Below, piece after piece: positions 1 through 11,511 of a stretch of DNA of 64,000 nucleotides; positions within the stretch are counted from its first letter, which is position 1; each line of letters opens with the position of its first letter. Source of the DNA: Paragordius varius. Taxonomy: Eukaryota > Animalia > Nematomorpha. Location: contig OZ176052.1 of NCBI GenBank assembly GCA_964247055.1, forward strand, positions 12,524,001-12,588,000, written 5' to 3'. Below the pieces are notes generated by a model. It had not been told where the DNA came from and ran no database searches. It saw only the letters and a program-made list of their open reading frames with translations. Position numbers and translations under genes: made by a program.

Positions 1-999
1 AGACAGTAAGATATTTGTATAAAAAACATACATTCGTGATAAGTCTGCTAATAGGAGACTTATCAAAATTTCAAAGTATTATAACTTGAAAAATATTGCA
101 TCTTTTTGAATTCTGTAAACTGGAGGATTGAAAGTCAGGTATCCTTTACAAATAATATATAGGGTTGAGTGAAAATGCGTAATTCTTTCGACACGAAACT
201 GAGTTTACTAAACACCTCCAAAAATTGTATAAATCTGAAGAAAATGGCATCTATACCATTGTTTCTTATTTGGTAAATATTTTTTTTATATTTTTACAGT
301 TTTAACAATTTTTTTTAAAAAAATTGTACTTCATGGTTCTGACAACAACAAAAATAAATATAGCTAAATATTATTATAATAAATTTGAATTTTGTATTCT
401 AAAATCAGCTTACCCGATAATAACCGTTTTCCCCTAAAATTTTACATGCAGAACGATATCAGATCCAGGGAAGTTTTGGTGGAATTACTTGAAAAAATTT
501 ATTATAATAATATTTAGCTATATTTATTTTTGTTGTTGTCAGAACCATGAAGTACAATTTTTTTAAAAAAAATTGTTAAAACTGTAAAAATATAAAAAAA
601 ATATTTACCAAATAAGAAACAATGGTATAGATGCCATTTTCTTCTATAATACCCAAGATTTTTTATATATTTTTTAAGATTTATAAAATTTTTGGAGGTG
701 TTTAGTAAACTCAGTTTCGTGTCGAAAGAATTACGCATTTTCACTCAACCCTATATATTATTTGTAAAGGATACCTGACTTTCAATCCTCCAGTTTACAG
801 AATTCAAAAAGATGCAATATTTTTCAAGTTATAATACTTTGAAATTTTGATAAGTCTCCTATTAGCAGACTTATCACGAATGTATGTTTTTTATACAAAT
901 ATCTTACTGTCTTATGCTTACTGTCTTACCGTCTTACTATCTTACTGTCTTACCGTCTTACTATCTTTCTGTCTTACCGTCTTACTATCTTACTGACTT
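1..999. mobile_element. Foldback-type long inverted repeat with terminal 8-bp tandem array (left end cut by window edge)
   Basis: Bases 1-386 are the reverse complement of 495-912, apart from a ~32-nt indel and a substitution; spacer 387-494. Followed at ~903-999 by a CTTACYRT 8-mer array (CTTACTGT/CTTACCGT/CTTACTAT), whose complement begins position 1 (AGACAGTAAG). Confidence 0.8.
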
Positions 1000-1589
1000 A
1001 AATTCACATCAGTCTAACATTGTTTGCTTTGGTGAAGAATAATTTTTTATATTTATAGTTTAGGATGGTAAAACGAAAACGTAAAATAAGGTATCATTTT
1101 TGAATTTTTTATCATGAAGAAAATATTTTTTTGCAAATTTAGTTGTTAAAAAGCCAAGTCAACCTTTTGAGTTCCCTTTCAAACTATGAATGTTTCCCCC
1201 AATATTTAATCCAGGTATCAATTTTCTAATATATCAATTATCTTATATTTTAGGTGATAGAATCCACCTAAAAAATGATGGTGATTAAAATTTTCAGGAT
1301 TATCTACATCTTATACTATTCTTGAATCCATATGATCATCATGAACGCACACCGCATCGTACATCATTTATATAAACAAATTACCTGTATTATTATCAAT
1401 AAGAAGAATGTTAATTTCAAACATAATATGAATATTTTGTATAATTATACATTTATAATTTAAATAAATTTATTATTTGGCGATATTCAGATACTTTAAA
1501 AGATGTTTTATATATCTTGATCTTATTTTCAATCTTTGGTGACATAAGTTGTTTGTTAAAATATAAATAGTTGATGGAAAATAAAATGT

Positions 1590-2640
1590 CAAACATAAAA
1601 CCGTAACATGCATTTTTACCTACTCAGATATGTTAACTATATTTATTATATAAGTTATCAATGTAAAAAAAATATTTTAAAAAATTCAAAAAACCGCAAG
1701 TCATAGTAATTTTTACCTGTATATATCAATGTATCACAAATATATAGTAATAAATAAATTAGCAAGGTTGAACAAAAAATAAAATTTACTAATTTAATAA
1801 AAACCGCAATTTACACAAGTTTTTTAAATGTCCATATTTAGTAATTAATTAAATAACAATGATACAAGATACAAAAAATGTTACATTTGAAATTTGTTAA
1901 AAACCGCCATTTTCACCTGTATTTATTAAAATTTCCAAATATGTAGTAATTAATTACAATTAACAATATTAAATAAAAAAACAAGAAAATATTAAATTTT
2001 ATTAAATATAAAAACAACCTCATTTTTTACCTTTATTAATTGAAATGTCCAAAATTAATTAATTACAATTAACAATGAAAATCCTCTAAAACAAAAAAAT
2101 TAACTTTTTACTAAATTTTGTAATTATTATAATGTCCAAAATATGCAGTAGTTAGTTACAATTAACAATGTAAACCTAAAAAAAACAAAAAAAACTAAAT
2201 ATTTACTGAATTTGTTAAAAACCGCAAATTTTACCTGTAATTATTAAAATGTTTAAAATATGTAGTAGTTAATTACAATTAACAATGCAAAACCTAAAAA
2301 AACAAAAAAAACAAAATTTTTACTAAATTTGTTAAAAATCGCAATTTTTACCTGTAATTATTAAAATGTCCAAAATATGTAGTAGTTAATTACAATTAAC
2401 AATGCGAAACCTAAAAAACTAAATTTTTAGTAAATTTATTAAAAACCGCAATTTTTACCTCTATTTATTATAATGTCCAAAATATGTAGTAATTAATTAC
2501 AACTAACAATGCAAAACCTAAAAAACAAAAAAAAACTTAATTTTTAGGAAATTTATTAAAAACCGCAATTTTTACCTTATAAAAATAATGCAAAACATAA
2601 AAGACAAAAATCTACTTAAATTTTCACAAATATATATTTA
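1590..2640. repeat. Degenerate ~107-120 bp tandem repeat (minisatellite), about 9 units
   Basis: Recurring AAAACCGCAATTTTTACCTG...ATGTCCAAAATATGTAGTA...TTACAATTAACAATG at ~1692, 1801, 1901, 2221, 2339, 2444, 2561. Confidence 0.85.
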
Positions 2641-3054
2641 CCTGTGTTTTTTAATTAGTAATAACAACTATATAATATTATGATACCAAGATTAATTAAT
2701 ACAGGTATTTAGCATGTTGAAAAATATTTATTATTAAATTTAGGAATAATTAATATAAAATATCTTAAAATACGTATTTTACTATTTATTAATTTATCAA
2801 AGATAAAAACCCACAAAATTCCGCATCTAAATACGTAACAACAATATTACAAATGTTAACATAAATTGCTATAATATTCCCAAAATTTAACATTGCAAAA
2901 TCCATCAAATTAAAGCCTATGTTAATTCTCACGTCAATCTTCTTTCATATGTGTACTACGAAATAATTTCGTGGGTCAGTATTTTACGCTTTTGATAAAC
3001 CATTTATGTTATTTGGCAGGCAATAAAATTACTTAACAGACATTAAAATGCATA

Positions 3055-3057
<3 letters not shown>

Positions 3058-3105
<48 letters not shown>
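3058..3105. repeat. (TA)n microsatellite
   Basis: Pure TA run. Shorter ones occur near 12925-12946, 32531-32553, 34967-34997, 39081-39104 and 54792-54806. Confidence 0.95.
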
Positions 3106-3109
<4 letters not shown>

Positions 3110-3819
3110 AAACGGATTGGGGTGGCACAGGGCATTTTAAAATGAATATTACGTTTTGAGTAATTATTTTTATGTATAATCTTAATTTTATGAAAATATT
3201 ATAATGTTAATGCAGAAGACCTCTGGTTGCCACAATTAGGATATATACTAAAACATTTACATCATTCATTTTTTTTGATGTACAATGGATATTCTCGACA
3301 TCTAGCGATTTTAAATGACTAAAGTATAAAATAACATAAAAGTATTACTTTAAAATCTATTTTATCAATTTGGACGCAACGACACTATGTTCCGATTTGT
3401 TTTGATCAAAAGTTAACAATAAATAAATTTGCATTAAACTTGATTATTTTTGTATATCATATGCCTATAAAAGGATCGCAACCAAATAAAATCGGTTATA
3501 CACAGACAATAATGCCGGCATTTATTTTAACAGTAATGGAAACGGATAAGACTAAATAGTTCCGTCAATCTTTCGTTTTTATTTCAAGATACAATATTTT
3601 TTTCTTTGTTTGTTTAATGCAAATCGGTTACACACAAAATTCAAAAATAAAACAAAAAACTCAGTAACAAAGAACGCTTTAGAATGAGCGTTTGTGTCAT
3701 TAATTACCTCTAATATTAATGAACAAAATGTTTTACTGGCAACAATAAAAGAGCAAAAAATATAATACGGATATGGACAAGTAAAATGGTGATGTTGGAT
3801 ATAAATTTAAATATTGCAC

Positions 3820-4279
3820 CTGTTTTTCAGTTGGAATATCGCCGGTTAAAAGTAACCAAAACAATCCTTCGGGTAAAGGCTCCTCGCCTTTAGAATCTAT
3901 TTTCGGAAGTTTTTCTCTCAATTCAGGAATTGTATGGCCACGAAACTTTATACCACTTTCAGGATCTAATTCAGATGTTTCAGTCACCAAACCTTTTATA
4001 CCTCTCATTCCGCCATAAACCTACCATATTAATTCCATAATACCATGTCTACTGTTACATCGCCAATTTTTGTGGTCCCAAATTTCTTTTTAAAATCATT
4101 AACAAGGGTTAGGTGTTGTGGGATCTTTTGAGCTAACACATCTTTAAGGTTCTTAAAATATTTAAAACGATTTATACCTCATAAGTAGTATGAGTCTGAG
4201 TTTGGGAGAGGTAGCGTAATAGATACTAAATTAAAATAATAAATACTTTAGAATTGGAGGAAACGAGTTTTTTCAACAT
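3820..4279 (-). CDS. CS: Mitochondrial citrate synthase, 5' exons only (remainder not found in window)
   Basis: Exons 4279-4247, 4225-4178, 4151-4044, 4020-3820 with GT-AG introns of 21, 26 and 23 nt. Product: [19 protein letters not shown]...[13 protein letters not shown]...[36 protein letters not shown]...[21 protein letters not shown], typical eukaryotic CS with presequence. Confidence 0.95.
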
Positions 4280-4366
4280 ATTTGGTAAACACACGAGAAC
4301 CTATACAAAAATAACACACATCTGACATATATAATTTATTATAGATATTTTTTAAGGATTAGCTAG

Positions 4367-5041
4367 TAGGGTTGTGCATTTAACTGCTTTTTCAAAAAAG
4401 TCCGGTCAGACCCAGTCAGGCCATGGTCATGACCACGGTCATGGTCACTTTTTAAGTTATCACGCGATATTGGATTGTAATAAAGTTCAAGCGACTTGAG
4501 TTTATGTTTTTTTAATTAGTATTATATATTTTTTGATAATTATTATTTACAAATATTTTCAACCGAATTTAATCAAAAATTTTGTTTCCAAATAAATTCA
4601 CATGTTTGCGGTCTTCTGAATCTTCAAATACTGGATTTTACAAATTTTTACCTAGTTTGTTTTACACTTTCTTTCATCATTGAAATATCCAATTATATAA
4701 TGTTTCCTTTTATTGGTTTAAAATCACATATACGGAATAAGTGCATGTTTTGCAAAGTGCTGATTGTTTTGTGAAATAACTGGATATGCTTAAATGCTTA
4801 TGTTATAAGGATGCATGTTTAACAATTTTATATTGTTAAAAAATCATATTTAAATATTTTTATATTTTTTAGAAATTATATTAAAAAATAAAAACTTACT
4901 ATCTTTCTTCCAAAAAAATGTATGAGCATTTTCAAATAACAGCTGTTTTTTTAAAATGACCATGGTCAAAAAATAAATAGTCACCGACCAAGTCATGACC
5001 CGGTCAATTCACCAGGTCATGACTTGGTCAGCACAACCCTA
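4367..5041. mobile_element. Non-autonomous hAT element (TAGGG-type TIR)
   Basis: TIR TAGGGTTGTGC / GCACAACCCTA; 8-bp TSD TTAGCTAG / TTAGCTAC; subterminal clusters of GGTCA/TGACC at both ends. Confidence 0.9.
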
Positions 5042-5447
5042 TTAGCTACTGTACTTTATTAAATATCAAAAAAATGTTTAACTTAATGCTTTCTCTGCTG
5101 CATTTATATCTTTATTTTACAGGGTAATAGTCTTTAAAATTTAGAATGAACAGATGATTTGCTATTAAGTTGACCCAAAAAATAATAAATTCACATTTCC
5201 ATGCTTTTCCTATTTCATAGACAATTAGAGCTCAAATTCATAAATATGTCATTGTTTTAATGTTTTTCTTATTATAAAAAATCTATTTTTTGCAGCTTTT
5301 TGACTTCTTGAAGCAAAATTGGTATATCTCAAGACACTATTAGAGAAATATCATATATTAGCTGGCAAGCAGGATTTTCTACCATAATATGCATCTAAGG
5401 CCTATTGTTACCGATTTTAAACTTCAAAAATAGTGATGGCGAAAGAG

Positions 5448-6334
5448 CAGGGGTGTCAAACAAGCGGTCCGGGGCCACTTGTGGCTGAAAATTTTGAGCG
5501 GTTCGATAAAATAATTTGATAAAAAACATTTTTTGCAAATAGTATAATTTTCTAATGATGTAAATAATATTAATTATTTTTCATCACCATCTAATCATTT
5601 ATTTTCTCTTAAATCTGAAAATCTTTAAAATACTTGCCACTGGTAATTATTTAGTAGCCATATTTATTAAAACCATAGTCCCATTTTTAATATTGCAGTA
5701 CCCATATTAAGGTATTCAAAAATATTGAAATTGGTAAATGTTTTTAAATTTATTTAAAGCCATATTTCTGAAAACCATAGTCTCTTTAATATAGTAATTC
5801 TCATATTATTGGAGTTATAAGTTACCTACTCCAAAAATATTTACAATTGATAAACTTTGTTTATTTAAAGCACATATGATTATTTAAAAATAACTAGTAA
5901 TCACATGGGTCATCGTAAGAGGAATATGTTTAAATTTAGGTAAAGCAAGTAAATTGTTTATATTGATCTAGACGTCGGATTTTATTTGAATACTGTAAAA
6001 GATTCCTCGGTAGCCCATACATATATTTCTAATTATCTTTCTACTATATTTTTTAATATATTTCAAAATAGCATGCTAAACACAGTAAGCAGAATTTTAA
6101 GTGATGTTTAAGTTGTCTTCTGTGATAAAAATCATCAATTTCTAGAAAATTTTTTGTGATATATTCTATATTTGTGTGGCAGATATATTTATATAATTTT
6201 TAATTGGTCCATGCATTTCATCAATTTTTTTACACATATAATACATATTAACATCAAATTTACCAATAGTAAAATATTTTTATTAGTTGAGGTCAAAAAT
6301 GTGGCTCTTCAAGCCATTTGTGTTGGCACTCCTG
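5448..6334. mobile_element. Non-autonomous hAT (Charlie/Buster-type) element
   Basis: TIR CAGGGGTGTCAAAC / GTTGGCACTCCTG; TSD CGAAAGAG / CTAAAGAG (7 of 8 match). Confidence 0.85.
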
Positions 6335-6774
6335 CTAAAGAGTTCGAGACGAGAATTTTTTAAAATTAAAAATATTTTTATCTGGCCCCTTAAAGGCGCA
6401 AGAAAGCATGCTTTTAAATTCTACCCAATACCTTAAATACCTTTCAAAAGCTAAATTGTTTCTAAGGTGTAAAACAAGCCCAAAGGGTGATGAAGTGTTA
6501 ATCATATTTTTCCTTTGGGGAAGAAAACAAGTTAATATAAATTTTTTATTAAATCGGGTAAAAAATATTTTATAAAGATATTAAATTACTATGCGGTTAA
6601 AATCGCGGTAAAAAATATGCTGATCTTAAAAGATTTCGGCGAATGCACATAAAATTTGAAAAGTTATAAATATACATTGGTATCTGTAATGATATCATAG
6701 TGAAAACCTTTTCTTCCAAAATCGAAACTTTTCCCCATAATGGAAGTGAATATTTTTATAAATATTTGCAGTAA

Positions 6775-7062
6775 ATTTACCCACACTTCAAACTGACCCT
6801 TAAATATTTTAAATTCACCCTCAACCACCTTGGAACATATATATTTCACCGTAAAAATAAATTGTGTTTTTCAAAATCAAAATTACCTAGGTTTTTTTAA
6901 TAATTTAAAATCAAAATTGGAAATCATAATTTATAAAAAATGTTAAAAATATGCCATTAAAAATAACATTTGAATGATACAAAAACACTATATTTTAAGG
7001 ATGAATTCGAATATGGAAGTTTAAGGGTAAATTTGACTCAAGGGTCAATTTGAGTGGTATAC
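6775..7062. mobile_element. Degenerate copy of the TATACCATTTAC-type MITE
   Basis: Shares AAATTCACCCT, AATTACC and ATGCCAT internal motifs and inverted ends (AAACTGACCCT / AGGGTCAATTTG) with the copies at 22514 and 60602. Confidence 0.55.
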
Positions 7063-8929
7063 ATTATATAAAACACCTATTTTGCGATGCCTTAAAATAC
7101 AGTGCTCATCTACATTATATTCTTTTTTAAAAAAATTCAAGAATAATTGATAGTATTGAGTAATACAATTTTATGGTGCATGTAAATTTTTATATAACAT
7201 ATTTATCAATATAAAAATTTGTCCCAAAGTTACTGATTATAACCAATGATATTTTCAACACACCTTAACATATTTGGAGTAATTTATTGTTACTACATAT
7301 TAATAATTATATACAATGGGATTTGTCAAATCTTCACTGTAAATTTTGCAGTTGCTACATGTGTAACTCATATTCCGTATGACACAACTCGTGCAAATTA
7401 CATCATTAACATCGTAAACATTGTAGGATATGTTCGGGAACCATGAGGTAATGAAAGCTATATCATCAAGTATTAGGGATTAAAATGGAAATATTAAAGT
7501 ATAAACCTAACTTTTTAAAGTCAAAAGGATTTATATTTTTTTATTCACTCTAATTAAGAGAGTGAAATATGGGGTGAGTTTCGCGATGTTACATAAACCG
7601 CATATTTCACAACCGAATGTGCTATCTAAGACATATATGATTGTTTGGTATTTACTTTTTACGCCTTATATTTTGAATCATACCGTTATAAGCAATTAAT
7701 ATGATTGCACAAACAAATTTATCAGACGGAAAATATGGTGATGCCCATCGCTATTATCGAGCTTTTTTATCAAGCGTTTTCCATAAAAATTAAAATTTAA
7801 CCGAAAATTTAACATTTTAACAATTTTCGGGGATAAAATATCGAAAAAAATATTCAACATGGTCATCTATCAGGTGGTTTTAAGCCTATCTAAAAGTACG
7901 AATATTGATATAAATTACCGTGTATCCGAGAAAAATATATCGTGGTTGGAACATATAGGGAGATATTGTTAATTAATGGAGTAAGAGTCATCTTGTATAT
8001 ATTGTTTCTATAAAAGTTGAAGTGAAATCTATTTGGATCCTAAATTCATTGATTTTATTTTATACGCGTAAGATAATATATGTCAATTATATAATGACAT
8101 GCCAATCTCCAAACTTTCTGTGTTTTGTAATAAAAGTATATAAATTATTATAAAAAAACGATGCTTTTTTATGAAAAATTCCTCAACTATACTTTTTAGA
8201 ATGATAAATCATTAAATTTTTTAATTTATTGAAACTAGTGCACGGTTTCCATGAAAGGACACGAATATTATACCGGAATTAATAATAATTTTGTTATATA
8301 CTATTTGGAAATCTCGTGATATAAATAATCTTAATGCATTTGAGTTTAAACGAATTCGTTAAGCAATCTGAGCATATAAAATTTAAAATAATATTCAAAG
8401 AAGAATGATTAACATTAGCCAATTGCAGCCAATAATCTACATAAAAATGAAATACCTCTAGATCCCTAATAAACATAAAGCAGATTTAACTTACACAACG
8501 TTTACTTTAATACAAAATTATCCGAATTCATTACCGAGTTGTATAAAAATTTAGACTCTGATAATCATTGTTGGCAACCATTTTTTTAGGACATCGTTTT
8601 AGACTTTCTGATGGCCTTATGTGCTTTATCAAGTAAATTAATAAAATCTTAGTAACAACCATTTATGTAACAAATGTTAATTAAATAAACTTTTATGATG
8701 AATTCAGTTTCATTGGTGAAGGTGTTGATGAGGGAGTTTAAGTTGAGGACAAAATCGGTTCCCAAATGGTTTCGGAAACTTAACCAAAATTCAGCTTTGC
8801 GTTTAGTGCTATAACCACGAAGCATCAAAATGCTTTTTACTGCTAAATCTGAAACTATTACAAACAAAATTTTTATTGATTAGTGAAATTTTTATATTTG
8901 GAAACAATTTGAGGTAATTTTCCCTGTAA

Positions 8930-9104
8930 CAGGGGTGTCCAACATGCTTTGTTCGGCAAATAGTGCTCTAACAAATGTTAAAATGATAAAAATTTGCATT
9001 GGAAAAATTTACGTTAGAAGATATATCATCCAAAATTAAAAATAAATAGAAACAAGCAGAAATTATCAATGCAACCCGCAAAAAATCTGTGTTGGACACC
9101 TCTG
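8930..9104. mobile_element. Short hAT MITE
   Basis: TIR CAGGGGTGTCCAAC / GTTGGACACCTCTG; TSD CCCTGTAA / CCCTAGAA (6 of 8 match). Confidence 0.8.
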
Positions 9105-9365
9105 CCCTAGAACGATCTTAAAAAATTATAATTGATATGGCTAATTCTAAAAAATGCAGTCACGTAAAATATCATCTCTAACATTTCGCTGCCAAAATTT
9201 CTGATTTGGGATAAATAGCTAAACTATAAATTATGTTTTTAAAATTTAATTAATATTCTATTAATTATAATCTGGTTGCGAAAATAGATTATAATTCAAC
9301 TATTAACTTGGATTTAATAGCTAAAGAACTGTAAAAAGTAAAATCTTTTTATTTGTTTAAAAGTA

Positions 9366-10371
9366 CTAGCGTAAATCTCGTGCTGCTACGTAGCCCAAGG
9401 ATGTCCTTCGGACTTCTGGGGTGGGGGCATATTTGATTTTATAAGCAATTTTATTATGCGGCACGAAGTTCTAAAATGATTCACATAGTCTCATAAGTTA
9501 TCTGAAATTTGGCTTCAAAGGCATGCTGTATCGATATGATGGCGCAGTTGTAGGCGGGTGCGACCCACTACTTAGAGGCCAACATAAAAATGAGTTAGAT
9601 AAAAAATTTTGCCTTTATACCTGAAATCATCATTCATTCCTAATAGTTTATATATGAATGGCTTAAAACTAAATAATAGTTCAATGATAGCGCATTTTTC
9701 AGGGGGTAAAGGGCCTATATAACGGCTAATTTGAAAAATCCGCTCGACTTATATTTTTGACTTTTTATGGGTAATACTTTAAGCAGATATTGAACTCATA
9801 TGGCCTGATAGGTTTTCTGAAATTTAGCCCCAAAAGCACGCTATTTCGAGATGACGGCTAGTTTTTCGTGGCTAGCTCCTTACCTAGCAGCTATCATCAA
9901 TGAAACGCTTGACTAAAATTTTTGCCTTTTAACAGGGAATACGTGGAATCTTTAGTGATATTTTACGGTCTCATGGGCGAATAATAGAATCAAAAAATTA
10001 TTTTTGTGGACTTTGTTTTTTTTGAAAAAAATGGCATTTTACGGGGGGAGCGGGTAAAAAGAGGGCTCAAATTAAAAAAGCGAGCCGACATGTTCGGCGC
10101 AATTGAAAATAAATAAACAAAAATCATATTTGAAATTGAATGGTCCAACACGTTCTCCGGAAAATTATCTCAACACGATTTTTGTGGACTTCTGTTTACA
10201 AAAATAACCCGTTTTTTACACGGGGTGGGTCCGAACTTGGGGCCTTTAAAAAAAGGGCGAGGGGCATTCATTAATGATTATATTTTTTCGATATTTGAAT
10301 TTGAATGGGTCTACCGGTTTTCCGGAAACAGATCACAAAGCTAGCATTTTCCATTTTTATTAATACATAGA
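9366..10371 (-). mobile_element. Non-autonomous Helitron
   Basis: On the - strand it starts TCTATGTATTAATAAAAATG, ends with a GC hairpin followed by CTAG, and sits between A and T. A homologous copy lies at 56691-57769. Confidence 0.85.
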
Positions 10372-10559
10372 TGATGTTCGTATTTTAGCAATAACATTAG
10401 TGATAGTAATTCTTTATACAAAACTTTACAATGTACCAGGATTCATAAGTCTTAGCTGTTATTCAAAAATCATGTATTTGCGGCACGCACTGCTTTTCCC
10501 ATTCAATTAACAGAAAAAGGCTAGACAGTCATACTATGCTGGTATAAACATATGATGAA

Positions 10560-11360
10560 CATGCTCCATCAATTAAAACATGAGAATCGTTTTAAATTAT
10601 AAAAAGTGATTTTAATGTGAAAGGGGGTGAACGCTCTCGTAATCTACAAACTGTTTAGACGATAAAGGTTAAAGGTTATTAGATGTTTGAATAATTCAAA
10701 CTCAACGGGGATTGGCAAAATCACATGTATCTAAATAACAATCAGGAGGACAGGGGGAAAGACCAATAACCTCGGTAAATGGTTCCCTATGTCGAATCGA
10801 AAATTGCAAAGGGATTTTAAAATTCTGTTTCAACGTTACAAGAAGATTATTTTTTCATCAAATTGGGACGGGTGATTAGAATTGCATATATTTTGTAATT
10901 CTTAAGCGGACAACGTTTTCACCTTGCCAAGCCGATCCATCAACACCGAGGCTTTATTCCTTCTGCAATGAAACCATGCCTTGAGTACCAGAGTAGTATT
11001 GCGTATTATAAACTTTTGAAGCCCGGTGTAGCCGTTTAACACCCCAACAAATAATTAATTTGAACTATGCATCAATCGAAAAAAGACCGGAATAGGCCAG
11101 AAAACACGGCAAAATTCAAAACCAGTCAACGACAGCTTTAAATCACTTCAATGGGAACTTCTTTCGCATCCACTCTCCTAACCTGAACCTATTGCATTAA
11201 TATCGCACGTGCTTGCAAACCAAGACTTTAATAATTTCCAATTTGAAAAATGGATTGAAAGATGATTTGCCACATAGGCAATCAGTTTTTCTTACAGCAT
11301 TTATATTTTACCTGAGAGATGGGCGAAATATGTAGAAGCTGATGTCCAATATTTTGCATA
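10560..11360 (+). pseudogene. Degenerate mariner transposase
   Basis: Frameshifted fragments YYKLLKPG, LQWELLSHP and LPERWAKYVEADVQYF resemble mariner C-terminal motifs (YYELLKPG, WEVLPHPPYSPD, LPERWEKCV). Boundaries approximate. Confidence 0.8.
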
Positions 11361-11511
11361 AATATTTTGGTTTTTCTTCAATATTATCTATTCTTTTCCA
11401 AACATGTACGAGATATGACTTAATCTTAGCATGTATAATTTTACAAAAATGTATAAGAAAAAAGTAACCTTTAATGTACAAATGTGCTTAATTATTAATT
11501 TTAATATATAC

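Noticed and set aside
514-744. 76-aa ORF in the foldback arm
   Set aside because: Low-complexity AT-rich frame within an inverted repeat; no recognisable motif.
1-912. Inverted repeat as a fresh amplification chimera
   Set aside because: The arms differ by a ~32-nt indel and a substitution, which favours a genuine older element; not fully excluded without reads.
1045-1300. Exon-like + strand segment MVKRKRKIR with GT/AG signals
   Set aside because: Splicing at the obvious sites gives an immediate stop.
1590-2640. Repeat array as a CRISPR locus
   Set aside because: The whole unit repeats with no unique spacers, there are no cas genes, and the context is eukaryotic.
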